Assembly: GCA_048882045.1 (NCBI GenBank)
Contig: JBHLRZ010000054.1
Location: 1 to 15,367, forward strand
From: Candidatus Thorarchaeota archaeon
GTDB taxonomy: Archaea > Asgardarchaeota > Thorarchaeia > Thorarchaeales > Thorarchaeaceae
Reading direction: 5' to 3'
DNA: 15,367 nt
The notes beneath the pieces are model-generated. The model had not been told where the DNA came from and did not search any database. It worked only from the letters and a program-made list of their open reading frames with translations. Of this stretch, positions 9,491-15,367 are shown one piece after another. Position numbers and translations under genes: made by a program. Position 1 is the first letter of the stretch. Each line of letters begins with the position of its first letter.

Positions 9491-11653
9491 CTAGGTTTCT
9501 CTCCGTTTCCATGCAATAACTGTGATTACCGATATTCCTCCAACCAATACTGCGCCTGTGATAATCACGGAAAATAAGAAATCTGGATATGGAGTGGTTG
9601 GAGTCGTAATAGGCACATACTCAGGTATCTCTGGAAAAATGTCAATCGAATATTCAGGATTGGGTTTTGTTTGCGAAATAAGCAATAGTCTTGTTCCATT
9701 AGCCACGACATCAATATGAATCTCTAGTATGTTATTCTCAGTTGGGAACTGACCCAATGATGTATTACTGTCAATGGAATGAACCCAGTAATTTCCTTCA
9801 GGAAAACCAAACTGAGAGAGATCTAATGTGTAGTTGAATGAACGAATCGTATTATTGAGGTCAGAGATACCTGCTAGGATTAGTCCATCTCCAACTACAC
9901 CCTGAGTGATCAACATGTTTTCAGTCTCATTTGAGGAGATTGAGTTCGTGATGTTGAGAAAGTCTGCAAATGTCCAGATGAACTCTTTATACAAGTACCA
10001 GAGGTAAGGCTTCTTGTCTGAAGGAGGCGCCCCAGCTTCTCGATAAGACCATTCCGCACCAACATGCAGTACCCAACCTGAGTCTGGTTCTGACTCATTA
10101 TGGTACAAAGTCAATGGCGAGTTTTCAAGAGCTACTAGAGTCGCATCTTCTACCGAATAGAATCCCTCAATGGGGGTATATCCTGTTGCACCAGATGATA
10201 TATTCAACAACTTAGTGCCATGAGTGGGAGCATCGTAGTCTTGTATCTCCAGATCAAGGATGTTCGGTCCTGTAATATTGATAAAAACGTGTCCTGAGAA
10301 TGATTCTTCCTTGCATCCGTATTCGATGTTGAACTTAGAAGTCCTTGGAAGAGGATTTTCAGTGGAATTGATTCCTTCTAAAAATACGAGATTTCCCCCA
10401 TTTGATACAAAACTATTCAACTTGTCCACGGTTTCATCATAATACCAGCCATCTGCAAGTAGCACTACTGAGTAATGGGACATGTCCACATCAGTAGTAG
10501 CAAAGCATCTCTGGTTGACAAGATCATACTCTGTAAACAGTCCCAAATCAGCCATATTTAGCATCGCCACTCCAGTCTGATGTCCGTCTCCAACCACAAG
10601 CACCTCTGGACGAGGTTCAATTGCTGGTAGATTAGACAATTGCCCAGCTAAATTATCGATGTACATCCAAATCCTCTTACCCATTTCATCCTCACGTTGA
10701 TGTCCCCATGCCCAATTGAAACTGTCATTATATTGAGGTGCCCAGTCAAACCAACCTAAAACATCAACTCCTGAAAGATATGAGAGCCAGGTTTCTCTGC
10801 GTATCTGTTCGTAGCTTCCTTCTTTGTAAGAGAGCCCATCACCTGCCTCATTTATGAAATCCCATATTGTGCCCCAGATGTCGAAGTGTAGTGTCTTACC
10901 GGGTAGAGAGGTCTTGTATCTTCTGACACTTTCATACAGAAGTAACGGAGCTTCCTTTGAATAGAAACAGTCTACAGCAAATACGTCGCCATCAATCTCA
11001 TATGGTGCACTAGTCTTATCACTTAATCCCCAAGTTGGGGGCATCAGGATATACTGAACAATCTTTGCATTGGGCGCCCATGATCGGATATAGCTGGCAA
11101 TATAGTTATACACCCAGACACTTCGGTCATTGAGCCATTCATTGTAGGCAAAAGACTCGGTTGTATTTCGTTCATCGTAGGATTTCATCCAGTACCCTGT
11201 ATCAGTATGGTAGGTATCATTGTATTTTGCTATCTCCAGTGAAAGCTCTGCGCTGATGTACTGTTCATCGCTCAACGTCACCCCCCAAACATAGTCCGGA
11301 TTGAATACAGCCAAATTGTAATCAATAGCATCGTTTAGGTATGATTGGACTGTTGAGTTATAGTAGATATCTATTGGATTAGTAATGTTCACTCCCCACC
11401 ATTGTCCCCACCAGTGCACAATGAGTATCGTCTTGACTCCTGCTTCATATAGCATTTGCATATCCAAGTTATCTTGAGGTGTTCCTTGACCGTTGAAGGT
11501 CCAGTATGTGATATTACTATTCATTATTGTTTCAACTATACCGAATCCACCTCCGTGTCTGGTTTCAATTGCCCTTACATTACTCGCACTATAGAGAGGT
11601 ATAAAGAGAAGTAGGAGTGTGAGCATTACTCCTTTGGCCACTTTTGTTGACAA
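9491..11653 (-). CDS. Membrane-anchored extracellular glycoside-hydrolase-like protein (GH42/beta-galactosidase-like architecture)
   Basis: Signal peptide; TIM-barrel-like motifs WGVTLSDEQ and EQIRRETWLSYLSGVDVLGWFDW; trimerisation/GATase-like segment DMSHYSVVLLAD...DKLNSFVSNGGNLVF; beta-rich C-domain; Thr/Pro linker; TM helix plus WKRRET. TTG start with GGGGT upstream. Confidence 0.7.
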   Translation of the reverse strand: MSTKVAKGVMLTLLLLFIPLYSASNVRAIETRHGGGFGIVETIMNSNITYWTFNGQGTPQDNLDMQMLYEAGVKTILIVHWWGQWWGVNITNPIDIYYNSTVQSYLNDAIDYNLAVFNPDYVWGVTLSDEQYISAELSLEIAKYNDTYHTDTGYWMKSYDERNTTESFAYNEWLNDRSVWVYNYIASYIRSWAPNAKIVQYILMPPTWGLSDKTSAPYEIDGDVFAVDCFYSKEAPLLLYESVRRYKTSLPGKTLHFDIWGTIWDFINEAGDGLSYKEGSYEQIRRETWLSYLSGVDVLGWFDWAPQYNDSFNWAWGHQREDEMGKRIWMYIDNLAGQLSNLPAIEPRPEVLVVGDGHQTGVAMLNMADLGLFTEYDLVNQRCFATTDVDMSHYSVVLLADGWYYDETVDKLNSFVSNGGNLVFLEGINSTENPLPRTSKFNIEYGCKEESFSGHVFINITGPNILDLEIQDYDAPTHGTKLLNISSGATGYTPIEGFYSVEDATLVALENSPLTLYHNESEPDSGWVLHVGAEWSYREAGAPPSDKKPYLWYLYKEFIWTFADFLNITNSISSNETENMLITQGVVGDGLILAGISDLNNTIRSFNYTLDLSQFGFPEGNYWVHSIDSNTSLGQFPTENNILEIHIDVVANGTRLLLISQTKPNPEYSIDIFPEIPEYVPITTPTTPYPDFLFSVIITGAVLVGGISVITVIAWKRRET

Positions 11654-11744
11654 TGATTACCCCGTTGTAATAAGGTCAATTGCACAAATAGTCTTTTTTA
11701 GCACTCTATTTGGAGAAGAGTAGATATAACTCCCAGTTTCTACA

Positions 11745-11766
11745 TCAAATCACATCCGAGGCACCA
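11745..11766 (+). repeat. Direct repeat of the tRNA-Phe 3' end (att-like copy 1)
   Basis: TCAAATCACAtCCGaGGCACCA versus tRNA 9416-9437 TCAAATCACACCCGCGGCACCA: 20/22 identical. Confidence 0.85.
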
Positions 11767-11853
11767 TTCCTTCATTTTTATTATTCGTGCTATGAGTGAG
11801 AAGATTCAATACAAAAGGTGAGAAAGTTCAATGCAGTATGAGTTGGGAGAGGA

Positions 11854-12102
11854 TTGATTTTGAAGAATACAGGACAATGTCCCAAATGTGAGAGTATGGA
11901 TATATGGAATAATTCACATCTTCAGAGGAAGAATCCACCATTGAAAAAATGGATACTGGTGCGGTATAGTGGTCTTATAGGCTTAGACCGCAAGTTTGCT
12001 TACAAGGATGAGTATGTCTGCATGAATTGCGGCTACTGTGAAACATACATCGAGGAGCAGGGTCTAGAAACAATCAGAGAATATGGGAATAAGTTTCAGT
12101 GA
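11854..12102 (+). CDS. Small zinc-ribbon protein (DUF2082-like CxxC...CxxCG pattern)
   Basis: CPKC near the N-terminus and YVCMNCGYCETY; purine-rich GGGAGAGGA just upstream; TTG start at 11854 or 11860. Confidence 0.78.
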   Translation: MILKNTGQCPKCESMDIWNNSHLQRKNPPLKKWILVRYSGLIGLDRKFAYKDEYVCMNCGYCETYIEEQGLETIREYGNKFQ

Positions 12103-12124
12103 TCACTTAGCACCTTCTTAGCAG

Positions 12125-12148
12125 GTTCAAATCACACCTGCGGCACCA
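12125..12148 (+). repeat. Direct repeat of the tRNA-Phe 3' end (att-like copy 2)
   Basis: GTTCAAATCACACCtGCGGCACCA versus tRNA 9414-9437 GTTCAAATCACACCCGCGGCACCA: 23/24 identical. Confidence 0.92.
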
Positions 12149-12206
12149 ATCTCTTTCTTTGTAATGGAGAACAGATAATAGAGGGTGAAGATTCTCCTAA
12201 AGAGAG

Positions 12207-13634
12207 TTGGTATTCGTGGAGAGTTCTGAGAAGCTAAGCCGCAAGAATCTCTGGGGTTATGCCTTTGGCGCAATCCCCACAGGATTGCTAGGTTTTGTGT
12301 TCAGCTTCAAGTACATCGAGTTTTTCTTTGATGATCTTGCGCTATTACCCTCTTTCTTTATCTTGGGGCAGATAATTTACATGACTGTCAACTCCCTGAA
12401 TGACCCCCTGTCAGGGCAATTATCAGACAGAACTAACCGTGAACGATGGGGGAGCAGACGTCTTATCTACATCAAATATGGTGGTCCAATCTGGGCACTC
12501 ACGTTTCTACTTGTGTGGTTCCCATGGAGCCTCACAAACCAGGTCATCATCTTCATTCATTATGTTGTGACAATCTGTCTCTTTGACACGATGTACACCT
12601 TGGTCATTCTTCTTTGGCTGGCTTTACTCCCGGAAATGACCATAGATATTGATGAACGAAACAAAGCACAGTTCATTGCGACGATATTAGGGACATTCGT
12701 GACACTTCCAGTTTTCATAATGATTGCCAATATACCCCCAACTACCGAGCTCTTTCGAACAATCATGCTAGTTCTTGCAGTCATCTCGACTGTGTTCATT
12801 TTAATCACAGCCTACATGTGCGAAGAACGACCTGAATTTCAGAGCGACAAAGTATACACACTGAAAGAATCCATTGTTGCTACTTTTAGATCAAAGGCCT
12901 TCCTAATTTATGCTGGATTCTATCTTTGTCAAAACCTACTTGGAAGCCTTGGTTTGAGTTATTTCTTTGTATATCTACTTCTGCTAGAGAGTATCACACC
13001 AGGTCTCGATATCATTCTCCTATTCTTTGTGATTTTCTTCTTTGTTGGATATTTAGGGAACATTATCGCAATGAGATTGAGACCAAAATGGGGAATGAGG
13101 AGAATAATGCTGAGGTTTGGAATAGTGAGGGTCGTGGGATCTCTGGCCCTATTTGGAGTCATACTCATTCCAGGACTTGATTGGTTGATTTGGTATGGCT
13201 TGGTGATTGTCACTCTTGCTTCCGGATATGGTATATTCCATATTCCAATGCAATACCTTGCAATAGATGAGGATGAAGTTCTACATGGTTCTCGAAGGGA
13301 AGGAATGTTCATCGGAGTCATGGCTTTGCTTACAAGGCCGGGAACGAGTCTTGGTCCAATTATAGCCACCTTTGTGCTCACATCATTTGGATATGTTCAA
13401 GGAGGAGAACTTGCTGTTCAGCCAGCCTCGGCACTCCTAGGAATTAAGATGCTGTGGTTGTTGATTCCTGCGATAGTTGCAGCGATAAGTCTGCTATTCA
13501 TCTACTTCTATCCACTCCATGATGAAGCTCTAACAGAGATGCAGAAGAAGCTGTCCAAACTCCACGAGGAGAAGAGAGCGGCTTTTCTAAGCTCGGAGAA
13601 ATCAATAATTGAGTCTGAAGAGAGGGACACCTAA
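12207..13634 (+). CDS. MFS transporter, glycoside-pentoside-hexuronide (MelB-like) cation symporter family
   Basis: About 12 TM helices; NSLNDPLSGQLSDRT...WGSRR, LPEMT.D..ER, and IDEDEV.HG.RREGMF.G motifs typical of GPH symporters. Confidence 0.92.
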   Translation: MVFVESSEKLSRKNLWGYAFGAIPTGLLGFVFSFKYIEFFFDDLALLPSFFILGQIIYMTVNSLNDPLSGQLSDRTNRERWGSRRLIYIKYGGPIWALTFLLVWFPWSLTNQVIIFIHYVVTICLFDTMYTLVILLWLALLPEMTIDIDERNKAQFIATILGTFVTLPVFIMIANIPPTTELFRTIMLVLAVISTVFILITAYMCEERPEFQSDKVYTLKESIVATFRSKAFLIYAGFYLCQNLLGSLGLSYFFVYLLLLESITPGLDIILLFFVIFFFVGYLGNIIAMRLRPKWGMRRIMLRFGIVRVVGSLALFGVILIPGLDWLIWYGLVIVTLASGYGIFHIPMQYLAIDEDEVLHGSRREGMFIGVMALLTRPGTSLGPIIATFVLTSFGYVQGGELAVQPASALLGIKMLWLLIPAIVAAISLLFIYFYPLHDEALTEMQKKLSKLHEEKRAAFLSSEKSIIESEERDT

Positions 13635-13641
13635 CCTCTAG

Positions 13642-14808
13642 TCAGTCAGGAATGTTGATAGGATAAGTACCATACTTCTCTCGGATATCCATGATTGCCT
13701 GCCATCTGTCTAAGGTCACAGAGGGGACTATACTATGACCGCTGCTGAAGAAATATCCTCCTCCAGGTGCAATCTCTTTGATCAACCTCTTACTGTACTC
13801 CTTTATTTCAGAAATATCGCCTGTAGCTAACATAACCGGGCTGATGTTACCAACGAAAGTTAGACTGTCACCATATTTCTCTGCAAGACTGAAGATGTCA
13901 TAGTCAGGATTTGCTGTTGTAGGTTCAATTGGATGAATTGCATCAATACCGCAGTCTACGATGTCATTGAATATCATTGATAGATCACCATCCGAGTGTA
14001 GTAGAATTTTGCAATCCTGTTTATGCGCAGCATCACAGATTCTTTTGAGCCAAGGAAGAACGTATGTGTTGAAATTCCTCGGACTCATGAACAGTCCATT
14101 TTTGAAACCATAATCATCCCAAATTAGGACAAGCTCGGCACCATTTTCTGCAAGTATTTTAACCAATTCTAGTGCTAGATACCCGCGGTCATCAAAGACT
14201 TTCTTTGCTTGTTTGGGTTTGGCCAAGATACGTGAGAAGACCTCGATCCCAAAAGGCTCCCAGGATGGTTCCATCATTCCACCAATAGCGGGGACAGACA
14301 GGATTTCATTATTCATCTGTTCTTGGACCTGTTTACCTGCTCGGAAGGCTGCGAGTCGTCGTTTCTCATGAGGACTTGGTTGTTTCCATTTCTCGTAATC
14401 CTCAAAGCTTTTCAAGTAACCTCCACGATAGCCCAAAATCAGAGTTCCATCGTCGTAATATTCCACATTCATGATTCTTCCAAACTCGTCTATGTAACCT
14501 CCTTCGATGCCTTTACGATAGGTATGTGTAACATAGCTGAGGCCAATGTCAATCTTAAGACGGCGAAGGAGCTCATAGCCATCGACCATACTTTGCGCAA
14601 GCCATTTTTGATTTGAGAATGCCCAGTTTGCAAGACGATCCTTTCCAGGTAGCCGCTTTATGGATTCATAACCATCTTTGATTCCAGCACCTGGATCAAG
14701 ACCATAGTGTTTCATGATCGTGTTGTTTGTGAATGCACTTTCAAATGCCGGAACTCTGTCAGGTTCCTCATGGTTGAGTGCCATCAGAACTCGTGTTGGT
14801 GCGTCCAA
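13642..14808 (-). CDS. Uroporphyrinogen decarboxylase (UroD)/MtaA-CmuA superfamily protein, probably a corrinoid-dependent methyltransferase component
   Basis: RV..AL..EEPDRVP N-terminus, YIDEFG, WDDYG, ILLHSDG, YGD.L..VGNI and PGGGY.FSSGHSI motifs; starts 5 nt after a corrinoid protein gene on the same strand. Confidence 0.85.
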   Translation of the reverse strand: MDAPTRVLMALNHEEPDRVPAFESAFTNNTIMKHYGLDPGAGIKDGYESIKRLPGKDRLANWAFSNQKWLAQSMVDGYELLRRLKIDIGLSYVTHTYRKGIEGGYIDEFGRIMNVEYYDDGTLILGYRGGYLKSFEDYEKWKQPSPHEKRRLAAFRAGKQVQEQMNNEILSVPAIGGMMEPSWEPFGIEVFSRILAKPKQAKKVFDDRGYLALELVKILAENGAELVLIWDDYGFKNGLFMSPRNFNTYVLPWLKRICDAAHKQDCKILLHSDGDLSMIFNDIVDCGIDAIHPIEPTTANPDYDIFSLAEKYGDSLTFVGNISPVMLATGDISEIKEYSKRLIKEIAPGGGYFFSSGHSIVPSVTLDRWQAIMDIREKYGTYPINIPD

Positions 14809-14813
14809 TCGTA

Positions 14814-15367
14814 CTATACCTCCAATAGTGCTCTGATACGTCGTACACCGTCTATTGCGTCTGCTCCAAAGTCATCAGCCCCCATCTTCTTTGCTAATTC
14901 CATACTCAGAGGTGCACCACCAGCAATAATCTTCACATCGTTTCTAAGTCCAGCATCAGTTAGAGCATCACCAATTACACGAATTTCATTGACTGTCATA
15001 GTTAATAGACAGCTCAGAGCAACAATACGAGCCCCACTCTCCTTAACAGCCTCAACAACTTTCTCAGCTGGGCAGTCCATCCCAAGATCAATGACATCAT
15101 ATCCCGCAGAAACCAGCATGGTAATGAGGATGTTCTTCCCGATGTCATGATTGTCACCTTTGACAGTTGCGGCGATTACTTTCTCACGTTCAACCATATC
15201 TTCAGCTTTAAGGTGAGGTTCAAGGACGGCTACAGCTTCCTTCATCGTTTCACCAGCTAGAACAAGCTCAGTCAGAAAATACTCATTCTTCTCATAGAGT
15301 GTACCGACTTCATTCATTCCCTCAGAGAGTGCTTGAAGTACATCTTGGGGGTTTGAACCAGATTCAA
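14814..15367 (-). CDS. Corrinoid (B12-binding) methyltransferase protein, MtaC/MttC-like, 5'-truncated by the window end
   Basis: GDNHDIGKN...DLGMD...ALSCLLT...GGAP. The frame stays open to the window end (ESGSNPQDVLQALSEGMNE) and aligns with the paralog's DAGVDPQDLLKALTAGMDE. Confidence 0.92.
   Translation of the reverse strand, partial: ESGSNPQDVLQALSEGMNEVGTLYEKNEYFLTELVLAGETMKEAVAVLEPHLKAEDMVEREKVIAATVKGDNHDIGKNILITMLVSAGYDVIDLGMDCPAEKVVEAVKESGARIVALSCLLTMTVNEIRVIGDALTDAGLRNDVKIIAGGAPLSMELAKKMGADDFGADAIDGVRRIRALLEV

Larger units (their letters stand above)
9438..11766. mobile_element. Putative tRNA-Phe-integrated single-gene cassette 1 (2329 bp, no integrase)
   Basis: Bounded by the tRNA 3' end and a 20/22-identical direct repeat at 11745-11766; contains one long ORF. 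Confidence 0.6.
11767..12148. mobile_element. Putative tRNA-Phe-integrated single-gene cassette 2 (382 bp, no integrase)
   Basis: Lies between the two tRNA-3'-end repeats and contains only an 82-aa zinc-ribbon ORF. Confidence 0.58.

Noticed and set aside
11685-11712. 7-bp inverted repeat CAAATAG/CTATTTG upstream of the GH-like gene
   Set aside because: Short and AT-rich with a 14-nt spacer; not distinguishable from chance.
9414-12148. tRNA-end repeats as a CRISPR array or split-tRNA halves
   Set aside because: Spacing is 0.4-2.3 kb with genes in between; the copies lack anticodon arms and BHB or complementary leaders, and the tRNA is already complete.
6451-13644. Very tight or overlapping convergent gene ends (6453/6455, 8973/8980, 13634/13642)
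   Set aside because: Ordinary for compact archaeal genomes.
14806-14816. Possible pyrrolysine (TAG) read-through fusing the corrinoid protein to the UroD-family gene
   Set aside because: The 5-nt gap puts the next gene out of frame, and the protein ends at the same position as its paralog.
12959-15150. Longer antisense ORFs (12959-13381, 14323-14616, 14707-15150) and similar shadows elsewhere
   Set aside because: They lie opposite well-supported genes and have no recognisable motifs.

Overview
Gene-dense archaeal window. The AGGTGA/AGGAGT Shine-Dalgarno sites, TATA box, archaeal-type tRNA-Phe and gene content suggest an Asgard archaeon, perhaps Thorarchaeia; this is inference. From left to right it holds: a 5'-truncated FG-GAP beta-propeller protein coupled to a membrane-anchored FN3 protein with a putative Cys-His-Asn triad; a 55-aa ORF missing from the ORF track; a NosD-like beta-helix surface protein; a corrinoid protein; a TPR protein; a SAM methyltransferase; a membrane protein; a double zinc-ribbon protein; tRNA-Phe(GAA); a GH42-like surface protein; a small zinc-ribbon protein; a GPH-family MFS transporter; a UroD/MtaA-family enzyme; and a second corrinoid protein running off the window. 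The main observation is that the 3' end of tRNA-Phe (T-loop to CCA) recurs twice downstream as direct repeats. These delimit two integrase-free, single-gene units (2329 bp and 382 bp) that look like a tRNA-anchored gene-cassette array.
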